Part shown: one piece after another, positions 1 through 11,124 of the stretch
Position numbering within the stretch: the first letter of the stretch is position 1
How the letters are laid out: every line of letters begins with the position of its first letter
DNA from: Azolla caroliniana
Lineage: Eukaryota; Plantae; Polypodiophyta
Direction of reading: 5' to 3'
Assembly (NCBI GenBank): GCA_043228905.1
Contig: JBHGNT010000014.1
Coordinates: 15,624,001-15,688,000 of the forward strand
DNA: 64,000 bases
Position numbers and translations under genes: made by a program
Notes under the pieces: model-generated
Databases searched by the model: none
What the model was told of the DNA's origin: nothing
The model's input: the letters and a program-made list of their open reading frames with translations, nothing else

Positions 1-11
1 AATTTTGGGAA

Positions 12-665
12 GTGAAGATAGATGAAGTAAATAGGGAGAAGACCTGGGAGTGCCAAGGAATTCCCGAATTGCGATCTCTGCATGCTGTTCGCGGTTATTC
101 CAGGTTGGATGGTCATTGTATTGCGGTTAGAGAATTGACTTGTTTTTGCTTCCATTGTGTGCAGGGAAATTGGAGATATTGTCTAAACAAAGCATACATT
201 CAGAATTGGGAGTATCACACTCTGAATGATAAGGAAGCAGTTGATGGAGAAACAGGGCAGAATGCTGACTTCACATATGAGGGACTTGGAGATACTTTGA
301 GTGATGTCCTGAACGTTGGGGATAACTTCGCTGTAAATGCTGAAGAAGGCAATTCAGAGGGTGCTGATTTCTATATATTAAAGTGCACGGTTAGTAAACA
401 GTGTGCAAGGCAGAATATTGTAGATGCATGGGGAAATTTTGTATCTGCCGGGACATTCTACATCGAAGGCATTTTTTATGCAAAACTAGATGACTACGAA
501 TATGTGTACAGGCTGTTAGAAGACAAACCAGCAGCGTATATGTACTCTCATTTGGTCAGATGCATCAACGTCCCAATGTCAGAATACAATAGCTGCCCCG
601 GTTTATACACTGTTGGTGCTAATGTGTATGAATGTATTTACAATAGTATGCCATGGAATTTGTAG
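12..665 (+). CDS. C-terminal part of a putative DNA transposase (5'-partial)
   Basis: GIPELRSLH followed by RELTCFCFHC-x7-C resembles the IPGTRxxH / CxCxxC region I recall downstream of the catalytic core in Sola2-type transposases. The catalytic DDD region would be upstream of the window. Confidence 0.45.
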   Translation: MKIDEVNREKTWECQGIPELRSLHAVRGYSRLDGHCIAVRELTCFCFHCVQGNWRYCLNKAYIQNWEYHTLNDKEAVDGETGQNADFTYEGLGDTLSDVLNVGDNFAVNAEEGNSEGADFYILKCTVSKQCARQNIVDAWGNFVSAGTFYIEGIFYAKLDDYEYVYRLLEDKPAAYMYSHLVRCINVPMSEYNSCPGLYTVGANVYECIYNSMPWNL

Positions 666-1140
666 CTACAAGTAGCACTTACCATGTTCTCTTGTAAAAC
701 AAACATGTATTTCGCGAAAACAGATCAATAAATTCGTTTGGAATCAATTTCTTGTATACAGTCTGCTTTCTGTGCTTCTTTCTCAATAAAATCATGTCTT
801 TTTTGTTAAGTTTTAAGTTATAAGTTATAGCGAAATAGTCATCAGTAGCTAATTAGCTGTACAAATGCAGCTAATTAGCTGTACAAATGTATTTACAATA
901 GTATGCCATGGAATTTGTAGCTACAAGTAGCACTTACCATGTTCTCTTGTAAAACAAACATGTATTTCGCGAAAACAGATCAATAAATTCGTTTGGAATC
1001 AATTTCTTGTATACAGTCTGCTTTCTGTGCTTCTTTCTCAATAAAATCATGTCTTTTTTGTTAAGTTTTAAGTTATAAGTTATAGCGAAATAGTCATCAG
1101 TAGCTAATTAGCTGTACAAATGCAGCTAATTAGCTGACCA
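631..1140 (+). repeat. 255-bp direct tandem duplication (631-885 / 886-1140)
   Basis: AATGTATTTACAATAGTATGCCATGG... starts at 631 and again at 886; the copies are near-identical and cover the ORF stop and 3' UTR. Confidence 0.95.
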
Positions 1141-1311
1141 AATGCAGCTAATTAGCTGTACAAATGTAGCTAATTAGCTGTCAATAGCTAAATAGTCATC
1201 AATAGAATGAAATCAACAATCTGCAACATATTCCTCAAATTACATAGTAGATAAGTACAGTGGGAACAAGTAATTAAATTCTTCATTGAATAATGTCATC
1301 TCTTTACATAT

Positions 1312-2405
1312 TTATAAATTACCATTGGAAATGTCTACAAATCTCCTATAAACAGCTAAGCTCTTGCTAGTCAGTGGAACGAGTCTACATATATTATCCG
1401 CATATTGAGCTCGGTATGGAGTCCACAACCATGCACCTAGTTGGCAGCTCACTGTTTGCACCAGGTACTGTTCAGGCATTTCCTCGGGTAGAATGAGACA
1501 GCATCTCCGAATATTGAAGTAGTGTCGGAAATGTCCTGTATCCAAAATCAATGTATTGTCAGCATTATATTCAGGCCAAGTAGCCCAAAAATCAGAAAGC
1601 CTCTTGAATCTTGCAGCTTCCATCTGCTCACAATTTTCTCGTGCCCATTGACCTTTAAAACGACTTCGCCATTTTGGGAAGAATCTTGCCAAACACTTCC
1701 ACACATCTGATTTTGGTTTCTCACTCCAAATAAACAAATCGAAGTACTCCGCAGCCCACTCTAGAAACTGATTTGCGTCCCTCCTTGGCTGCATATATCT
1801 CACACTCATCAAGACTTTATCCAGCTCCAAGATCAAGGCTCTTCGCTCGACTTCTAGTGGTTTAGGTTTCCATTCCTGAAACTGAGCCGCTGTTACACCA
1901 TTTTCTGGTAGGATACGATCAATCTCAATCAGCTCAGGTTCGGCTGACACAACTGGTGTCCTTTTCCTCTTTAAACCCCTAGTCGACTGTGTTGGGCCTA
2001 GCTTCACATTCTGGTGCTCTTGTTTTGTCGACTTAGTTATCAATCCTTGGATTACCTCAGTGCATGTAGCTACTGTTCTGCTCGATATCAATCCACTGGT
2101 ATCACATGTTGCATCTACCTGCAACACCAAGTCATCTGTGCTACATGCTGCATCTACCTGCAACACCAAGTCATCCGTGCTACATGCTGCATCTACCTGC
2201 AACACCAAGTCATCCGTGCTACATGCTGCATCTACCTGCAACACCAAGTCATCCGTGCTACATGCTTGATCAACTTGTGTGACCAGATCACTTGTGTCAG
2301 TTGCTACATCTACTTTCAAGATGGGGCCCTTTAAACATGCCGCAACATCAACAGTATCCACACTGCCATTGGCCTTACGAGCAATAGAATCAAACCCTTT
2401 AGACT
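1312..2405 (-). CDS. Last exon of a cargo gene: 13-aa repeats plus a degenerate NIF/FCP1 (CTD-phosphatase-like HAD) domain
   Basis: ALILELDKVL...PRRDANQFLEWAAEYFDLFIWS...YNADNTLILD aligns by eye with the NIF consensus LVLDLDETL...RP...FL...F...IWS...NT..lDD. Likely acceptor TTGCAG| at 2406. It may be spliced to upstream exon(s), including 2655-3161. Confidence 0.6.
2085..2310 (-). repeat. 39-bp coding minisatellite (~5-6 units) encoding VLQVDAACSTDDL
   Basis: CATCTACCTGCAACACCAAGTCATCYGTGCTACATGCTG is repeated in tandem and in frame. Confidence 0.95.
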
Positions 2406-2654
2406 CTGCAACATCAGAAAACACCAACATATTCACACTCACAAAGTAACTACTAGTCTCACAAAACAATATCCTGAACATCAAAGAGTTTCAGTCATAG
2501 AACAACACTCTTCAAATTATCTTGGAAAAACATCATAGAGTTCCATTACATAATGTGGATCAAGCAACAACCAATCTGAGGTTTTACTTGTCCAACAGGA
2601 TAGTAAAACTTCATAAAACCCTAGCAAAATCCCTAAGCTAACAATCATATCCAA

Positions 2655-3161
2655 CTAAACAGTATTTCGCTCCACTACGTCTGGGCCCCTTGACCGAGTA
2701 ACTGGTCTTGTTCCCGATCGTGGCCCCTTCTTCAGCCTTTTTCTGGTTGGTTCCCCATTTAGCCTTGCTTCTAGGACCCAATGCGCAAGTGTGTCCTCCT
2801 CCGACAACCTTCCCATCGCCTCAGCAGCTAATTGCACATCAGCCGTTTCTTGAACTAGCTTTTCAAGTACAGAGGGATCTGTTTGGACATTTTCAGTAGT
2901 TGGGCTCGGTGGGGTGGAATCAAGGTCTTGAGACTCGAAGAAATGTTGCATCAAGTGTTCATAAACACTGTTGTTGTGAACCTCAGTTTTACATGTTGTT
3001 TCCACTATTTCATGGCATTTCACATCGTTGCCTAATTCAGTACACTGTTCCAAAAGAATAGGGTGCAGCTGATCTGAAGGAGATGTGATAGCAGGACTCT
3101 TACTTTCAGCCACATTGGCAGTAGTATCCTCATCTGTTGCAGCATCATCAGCACCAGACAC
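2655..3161 (-). CDS. Acidic, low-complexity ORF with a basic NLS-like C-terminus; possible first exon or separate cargo gene
   Basis: 168-aa ATG-initiated ORF ending RKRLKKGPRS..., directly upstream of the NIF-like exon. No recognisable domain. Confidence 0.4.
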   Translation of the reverse strand: MSGADDAATDEDTTANVAESKSPAITSPSDQLHPILLEQCTELGNDVKCHEIVETTCKTEVHNNSVYEHLMQHFFESQDLDSTPPSPTTENVQTDPSVLEKLVQETADVQLAAEAMGRLSEEDTLAHWVLEARLNGEPTRKRLKKGPRSGTRPVTRSRGPDVVERNTV

Positions 3162-3214
3162 ATCATGTGCCGTCCTTAATCCACAAGATTCTACAATAAC
3201 ATGACAATTATTTA

Positions 3215-4860
3215 GGATAGCTAATTAGCTACTTTACTAAACTATGGTAGAAGCTAGGATAGCTAATTAGCTAGTACGATAGCTAATTAGCTAGTATGAT
3301 AGCTAATTAGGTACTTTACTCAACTATGGTAGTAGTTAGGATAGCTAATTAGGTACTTTACTCAACTATGGTAGTAGTTAGGATAGCTAATTAGGTACTT
3401 TACTCAACTATGGTAGTAGTTAGGATAACTTATTAGCTACTAGGACAGCTAATTAGCTGCTAGTAGCTAATTAGCTACTAGGATAGCTAATTAGCTGCCA
3501 GTAGCTAATTAGCTACTAGGATAGCTAATTAGCTGCCAGTAGCTAATTAGCTACTAGGATAGCTTATTAGCTACTTTACACAACTATGGCAGTAGCTACT
3601 AGGATAGCTAATTCGCTAGTAGGATAGCTAATTAGTTGCCAGCAGCTAATTAGCTACTAGGATAGCTAATTAGCTACTAGGATAGCTAATTAGTTGCCAG
3701 TAGCTAATTAGCTAGTAGGATAGCTAATTAGGTACGTTACTCAACTATGGTAGTAGCTAATTAGCTAGTAGGATAGCTTATTAGCTACTTTACACAACTA
3801 TAGTAGTAGCTAGGATAGCTAATTAGCTACTAGGACAGCTAATTAGCTACTAGGACAGCTAATTAGCTACTAGGACAGCTAATTAGCTACTTTACTCAAC
3901 TATGGTGGTAGCTAGGATAGCTAATTAGCTACAATGAAAGCTAATTAGCTACTTTCTCAACTATGTAGTAGCTAGGATAGCTTATTAGCTACTAGGACAG
4001 CTAATTAGCTGCCAGTAGCTAATTAGCTACTAGGATAGCTAATTAGCTACTTTACACAACTATGTCAGTAGCTAATTAGCTACTATGATAGCTAATTAGC
4101 TAGTAGGATAGCTAATTAGCTAGTAGGATAGCTAATTAGTTGCCAGTAGCTAATTAGCTAGTAGGATAGCTAATTAGCTTTTTTACACAACTATGGTACT
4201 AGCTAATTAGCTAGTACCATAGCTAACTAGCTACTAGGATAGCTTATTAGCTACTTTACACAACTATGTCAGTAGCTAATTAGCTACTATGATAGCTAAT
4301 TAGCTAGTAGGATAGCTAATTAGCTAGTAGGATAGCTAATTAGTTGCCAGTAGCTAATTAGCTAGTAGGATAGCTAATTAGCTTTTTTACACAACTATGG
4401 TACTAGCTAATTAGCTAGTACCATAGCTAACTAGCTACTAGGATAGCTTATTAGCTACTTTACACAACTATGTCAGTAGCTAATTAGCTACTATGGTAGC
4501 TAATTAGCTAGTAGGATAGCTAATTAGTTGCCAGTAGCTAATTAGCTAGTAGGATAGCTAATTAGCTTTTTTACACAACTATGGTACTAGCTAATTAGCT
4601 AGTACCATAGCTAACTAGCTACTAGGATAGCTTATTAGCTACTTTACACAACTATGGCAGTAGCTAATTAGTTACTAGGATAGCTAATTAGTTGCCAGTG
4701 GCTAATTAGCTAGTAGGATAGCTATTTAGCTTTTTTACACAACTATGGTACTAGCTAATTAGCTAGTACCATAGCTAATTAGCTACTAGGATAGCTAATT
4801 AGCTAGTAGCTCATTAGCTGCCAGTAGCTAATTAGCTAGTAGGATAGCTAATTAGAAAAG
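3215..4860. repeat. 1.6-kb satellite built on the 14-bp palindrome TAGCTAATTAGCTA, with a ~204-bp higher-order repeat
   Basis: Dozens of palindrome copies with short linkers. The landmark TTTACACAACTATG recurs at 4051, 4255, 4459 and 4643. Confidence 0.95.
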
Positions 4861-4870
4861 ACTAAGCTTA

Positions 4871-6212
4871 TTAGCTACAGTATGGTATACCTGTTTGTTT
4901 TCTCCACTCATTTGGTAGAGTTGTATTGCAATCTCCCAAACAGAATGCAGCAATTCGACAGGCATGTTGAAAACAAAGCAGATGGTATGTGTGGTTGCAT
5001 GGTTGTAGGTGAACCAACAAAGACGCAGTTTTGTCCTCCACACCTAACCCGCAAGCGATGCAACGTGCTTGAACTGTCAATAAATCATTTTCTGGTTCTA
5101 CTTCATTTGGTAAGGGAGCAAGAATGTTCAGGTCCAAATCCTGTCTGGTCCTTACCATTCCCTCCACAAAATGTAGCTTCTTCTTAAGGCAGCTAACTAC
5201 CTGTTCTTGATGAATGTATTGTTCCTTCAACGCAACAGAGAAATTTACCGATTAATTATTCTTGTTGTTGAAAGATACACCAACTTTGCTCAGGAATCGT
5301 TAACTTACTTGAAGCTTATCCAAATTGTAATCTGCAACAGTATTTACACCTAGAAGGTCCAGGTTCATTGAAAGAACCTGGATCTCTATTTGCAGTTCTA
5401 TTTTACGCTGGGGATCCAGTGGCCCCTCTAATTCAAGCTCCTGTTGCGCAACCTATTCCAGATAATGCTTGATTAGCACATTTTACCCGTTATTTATAAC
5501 ACAATCACATACCAGCAAAACAATAGTTACCTGAATCTTATTTCTAATTGTTGTAACAGCAGAAGTAACTTTGCTCTCCATTGCAGAAGCCATTGTGGCT
5601 TTCTCTAAATCAGTCTTAAAAAATGCCAATGTCTCACAGGCTTCATGGACATTTTTTAGCATATAGCTAACCAATGTCTCACCTGTATCATCGACATTGG
5701 CTTTCCTTGGGTGTCGGTGTGGTGTATGCCCCCGGTCTTGCTGGGAGTCGGCAGTTGCATCAACAGCTGCCATGCTCCAAAATCTGTCTATTTTTTGTGC
5801 CAAGGTCCCCATCTTTCGGCATCTTTTTACCGATGCCTCACCATAGACTGCCCAAGCTACCCTATACATTTCAGGGTCTCTAGATTCCTTCGCTGTTTTG
5901 CAGTACTCATATGCAAATGCTCTAGCAAATGAAACTGACAACTCATTGTTGACTGGGATCTCCTGATGAACTTTCTGGTGCAGTCTCATGCAGTCATCGT
6001 ACAAGTCGGCTCGTACATGCTTCAGCTTGACCTTGCCTTTGACTCTAGGCACTGTATATACTGTCATCCAGTCTATATCACTGATCAATTTATCACTTAG
6101 GACAGCAGGGTCAACACCCTCGAGTGACAGACCATAGGTGTTGTGGAAGTCCTCCTTTGTCTCGCAAAATTTTGCGAAGTTTAACACTCTCGTATACGGA
6201 GGAACGAGCCAT
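4871..6212 (-). CDS. Multi-exon cargo gene with a coiled-coil-like region and a C-terminal RING-H2-like zinc finger
   Basis: The last exon has C-x2-C...C-x-H-x2-H-x2-C...C-x3-C (CIACG...PCNHTYHLLCF...CLGDC). The large exon 5531-6212 is bounded by TTTCAG| and |GTAACT. A further GT-AG exon lies at ~5308-5453, and the upstream intron is 6213-6716. Confidence 0.6.
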
Positions 6213-6289
6213 CTGAAATATCATTTCAGAAATCAGAAATAGTGCAAAATCAGAATATGTGAGAATCAAAAACCCCAATCAACAACAAC

Positions 6290-6680
6290 AAAAATGGTGC
6301 AAAATCTTTAACTTAACCTAATCAAAATCTGTAATCAGAAGTTTGAAATCAGAAACCCTAATCAAAATCTGTAATCAGAAGTTTGTAACCAGAAACCTTA
6401 TTCAGAAATTCTTATCAGAAATTTATAATCAAAAACCCTAATCAGAAATTTCAATCAGAAACCCTAATAAAAAATTTCAATCACAAACCCTAATAAGAAA
6501 TCCTAAGCAGAAATTTATAAACAAAAACCCTATTCAGAAATTCTAATTTGTAATCAAAATTTGTAACCAGAAACCCTATTCAAAAATTTTAATCAGAAAT
6601 TTATAATCAAAAACCCTAATCAGAAATTTCAATCACAAACCCTAATCAGAAATTTCAATCACAAACCCTAATCACTAAAG
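6290..6680 (+). repeat. Degenerate tandem array of telo-box-containing units (AAACCCTAATCAGAAATTT) inside an intron
   Basis: Multiple AAACCCTAA(T) motifs embedded in ~20-30-bp AT-rich units. Confidence 0.8.
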
Positions 6681-7210
6681 ACAGGATTAAACACAAAAAA
6701 AGTAATATAAACACACCTGTTGCTACTCCCCGATTTGCGAGACATCCTTGTATGGGACTCCAAGGACTTCGCCCTATTCGATTTTGGGGAAATATGAATC
6801 GGCACCAAAGTTCAGACAGTAGTCAAAAAGAAAAAACAAATGTTTGGGGTTTCTGTAACTGAAACATACCTGGACGATGATCGAGCGGGTTCTGTGTTGT
6901 AGCTCTCAATCTGCAATGTCGATTTTTTGCTGTTGCGGGAGCTACGTCTGCGTTCGTGCTCTGAGTACTCCATCTGCGTTCAAAATCAGACTTAGGCTAA
7001 ACAGGAAATTGATGACATTGAAGTCGACCTTAGATGATGGTGATATTCCCCAAGTTCCACTACGTCTGAAACAGAAGTTCAAATATTTGAGTTTTTTCAT
7101 AAATTAGTTTTTCAAATATTTGATTTTCCCACAAAAAAGACTAGCTAAACAAATAGCTAATTAGCTATGGCCATTTTAGTAGCTAATTAGCTATAATAGT
7201 GTTTCCACTC

Positions 7211-10200
7211 GCATGCTTTTACCCAACTGATACTAGATGATCATATATAATGGCTTAGCCAAGTGGCCGGGCTCGGAAGAGCTCACATGTTTCCCACATG
7301 GAGGAGGGGAAAGCACAGTTGATTACCTAATTGGACGCCTTGAAGCTACCCACATGGTTAACTCCTTCCGGGTGGCCCCATGCCCAATTGGTGCAGACCA
7401 TAGCTTCCTATACTTTGAGCTAAAATGCGACACCTCCCACGGCACCAACTCTAGCCAACCAAACCATCACACCATAATACATTTCACGCATGAGCTCCCT
7501 GACATCTACTCCCGAAATGTTCAAGCCCATCTCTCCTCTTTTGATTCTTCCTTGCCTTTAGAGAACCTCAATACAGAACTTGCACACATCCTTCACTCAA
7601 CAACAATTAGTAGCTTCCCATACACGAAACACTCCAATCATAGTAGAATAGGGTCTATGCCACAGAACAAGTGGTATGATGAGGATTGTAGAGAGTTGTA
7701 TAGACAACTTAAAGTGTCGCGAGTTAGTGGTACTATATCCTCAATACAGGCTCGCAAAGAGATGCGTAAGAAGACACATCGTAAAAGACGAGCTTGGGAA
7801 GCATCTCAATATTGGGAACTCTACCATATGCTCATGAGTAGGGATTGCGCCCTTCCATGGAAGATACTATGGGAACCGCGACCAAAAACACCGATCGAGG
7901 ATCCCAATATTTGGCACACATATATCGAGAGACTCTACCATGTCCCAAACCAACCTCCCATTCCAATGCCTTCCACACCTCGACCTACCATGCGGACACT
8001 TTTCACGAAGTCTAGGGTCACGAAGGTCATAAAAAAATTACAACATAGGAAATCCATGGTCCACACAGGATCGTGAGTTGAGCTAATCATATATGCTCGA
8101 GAATGCCTAGCCCCCTTTCTCACTCTAATCTTCAACCGCGCCCTCGCCAAGGGTTTTCCACCACAATGGACCATGACCATTGTGGGCCCTATACATAAAG
8201 GAGGGGACCCAATAGACCCAAATACATATAGGACCATTATGATAGGTCATACACTCGCTAAATTATATGGTGCAGTAATGGAAGCGGAGCTCAACGATTA
8301 TATGGAAACATTAAGTCTTTGAGCACCTGAGCAGGTTGGCTTTAGACGCGCCTTCTCCACTATTGACCATATTTTCACACTTAGGTGCTTAATTGACCAG
8401 ACGAAGGCTCGTAAGATGAAACTATATTGTTGCTTTGTGGACTTCCGCAAAGCCTTCGACACGGTTCCTAGGGACAGGTTGTTTGATAGACTTAAGAGCT
8501 TGGAGATACCAAATGACATGATCTGGGCCATTTATACCCTATATGAGCAAGTCTCTAGGCGCGTAAGATGCCCAGGTGGCCTATCTGATTGTTTCACTAG
8601 CACCATTGATGTAAAACAGGGTTGCCCCCTATCACCAACTGTTTTTGGGATCTACATTGATGAGATCATTGATTTTATTGCTCGTAAGGGAGGCAACGGA
8701 GTAGCTATTGGGGATACACAAGTTAGTCTCTTACTCTACGTAGACGACATTGTGTTGCTCTCGGAGTCGGAACACAACCTACAAATGCATCTTGCCCTAG
8801 ATGACTTTTGTAGACAACGAGGACTGGAGATGAATATAGCGAAAACTAAAGTCCTTATCTTTCATACATCGTCCCGAGTTAGGAGTAAATGTCACCTTAT
8901 CCTCTCTCATAAACTAGTTGAGGTAGTTGGATCATATGTATACTTGGGAGTCACTTTTAGTGCTCGCTCAAGTAAATTCTCGATGACCTAGACAACCAAA
9001 GATAGGCTAACGAGATGGTATGCATCCCTCTCACTCCTACAGAGACAATGCCACCAGGCATACTTTCAAGAGCCACGGACTAAGGGATGGCTCTTTGACT
9101 CATTAGTGACCCCTTCCCTCATGTATGCATCAATAGTATGGGCTCCAGGTCTACCATCTTTCATGTGGACACAATTAGATAGACATTTTGTGACGATGTT
9201 ATCACTTCAATTCGAAAGCAAATCATCAGTACCACATGACATTATTAGAGCAGAGTTCAGTTTGCCCCCGATGTTAGTCAAAACACATCTTTCATTTGGA
9301 CTCAATTAGACAGACCTTTTGTGACAATGTTATCACGTCAAATCCAAAGCAAATCGTCAGTACCACATGACATTATTAGAGCAGAGTTCAGTTTGCCCCC
9401 GATGTTAATCAAAGCACTTTTTCAAGTGGTAAGTTTTATTTGTCGAATACATAGACAACCACAAGTTAGGATATCCCGTCGAGTCTTTGAGGCATCTCGA
9501 TCCCTACATGCGTCTGGAGACACTAGGTCTTGGTATAGCACTGTGGTGAGGTGGTTACTTGCAAACAACATAGACATTAACAACTTACCTCCCCTTCAGT
9601 ACAACCATGGGATTGATCAAACTATAATATCTCAGGAAGACCGTAATAAAGTGATACGTCAAGAAATATGGCAAATTTACACTCGATATAAATGGATCAT
9701 CCCACGAGAGCCACTCCCATTTAAAATGGAGTACTATAAGGAACACTTCTTGCATTGCTCTAAGTTACGTTTTATTACACGACCAAGATATCTAGATACA
9801 TTCTTATCAAATGCACTAAGGGTGGCCATTGGACAACTTAGGATATCATCTCACCAACTTGAGATTGAGAATGGTCGGGCTAATAGAGTCCCTAGAGAAG
9901 AAAGACTATGTAGGTTATGCCACATAGAGATAGAGGATGAGTATCACTTCACATGCAAGTGCCCAACTTATGCTGAGGTACGAGCGGAATACCAAGACAT
10001 ATTAGGACCCTCTCCCACTCTCTCCAAACTATTAGATACCCTGGATGTAAAGAGACTAGGTAGGCATATCTTAGAGCTAAAAGAACATATGGAGAATAAA
10101 TTACAAAGTGTTAACCATAACCCTTTTACTATTCATCAACTTGTAACTAGTGTAATTTTTTTAGGAACGAGGGGAGACGATGAATGGGGATACACTTACG

Positions 10201-10667
10201 CCACTCGGCCTCTCTCTTGAGGAAGCATAAATGCAAAGTACAACTAAACGCTCTCGAATGTTGGGCTTCAAAACAAGTCGACACAGAGTAGGAAAGATTA
10301 AGAAGATAAGGGAATGTGAGCTACGTCGACTAGAAGTTATGGTTGGGGTACCTATTACATTGGGATCACACGCCACATCCACATCGAACCCCTTTGACCT
10401 CCCACTTCTCGTCTAGAGACTTGGATGGAAATGAAATTAGGCCTATATAACATCATTTTCATTGTAGAACATGTTTTTTATATAGAACATATTTGTTATT
10501 TTACTAGTACTATTTAGCTTAAAACTCTATTTTTTTATCTTATTTTTATTTTTATTTTTTACTTTCGATGAATGGGTAAATATCCCATTTTTTGTTGTAA
10601 ACCATTTGTCTCATGGGCCAATTTTGGCCTTAGAAGACGTTTATATATATATATATATATATATATA
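7211..10667 (+). mobile_element. Non-LTR retrotransposon (RTE-X-like LINE) copy 1, decayed and 5'-interrupted
   Basis: APE C-terminus (TCF...STVDY...DH), RT (FVDFRKAFD, KQGCPLSP, LYVDD) and C-terminal LRISSHQLEIENGR...CRLC...EDEYHFTCKC. Stops at 8074, 8320 and 8989. 131-bp internal duplication at 9156-9417. (TA)n tract at 10641-10667. Confidence 0.9.
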
Positions 10668-11124
10668 TCTTTCTTTCTCTCTACACACTACTAAGTGGAA
10701 TACCATTTTGGCTTTTTCACACTTAGCATGTATGGGGGATACATGTATAACAATCTCCCACTAAAAGGCCTAAACTAAGAGTACGAATAATGGAAGGTTG
10801 ACTTGTACAAGACCTAGACCTAGACCTCCCACCTGATGGGCATGTTATACAATGTACACGACAAGTGTGTAACGTAATGTAGTAAGTGATTCCCATCAAG
10901 TGACAACAATGCTCCAACACATCTTGTGGTAAGGCCTTGGTCAATGTCTCTGTGGCATTTTCACGAGAAACAATCTTCTCAAGGCTAATACAACCATTAG
11001 CTACACATTCCCGAATGAAATGGTATCGCATTCGAATATGTTTGGTCTTCGCATGATATATCGTATTCTTAACCAAAGCAATGCCACTCTGACTATCACA
11101 AAACAGTTTGGGTACATGTTGCGG

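Larger units (their letters stand above)
1..7210. mobile_element. Right part of a large putative DNA transposon carrying cargo genes (tentatively Sola2-like); left end lies outside the window
   Basis: The palindrome TAGCTAATTAGCTA recurs across the block (846-880, 1101-1180, 3218-4855, 7154-7193) and stops at ...GTTTCCACTC (7210). LINE endonuclease sequence follows immediately. The end reads 5'-GAGTGGAAAC on the minus strand. A transposase-like ORF lies at the left edge. The partner TIR and TSD are not visible. Confidence 0.55.

Noticed and set aside
3215-4860. CRISPR-like array of palindromic repeats
   Set aside because: The linkers are short and themselves repeated rather than unique spacers, there are no cas genes, and the context is eukaryotic.
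6290-6680. Interstitial telomere (also TTAGGGTTT motifs in LTRs at 11440-11620 and 14690-14810)
   Set aside because: The motifs are single telo-boxes separated by other sequence, not (TTTAGGG)n runs.
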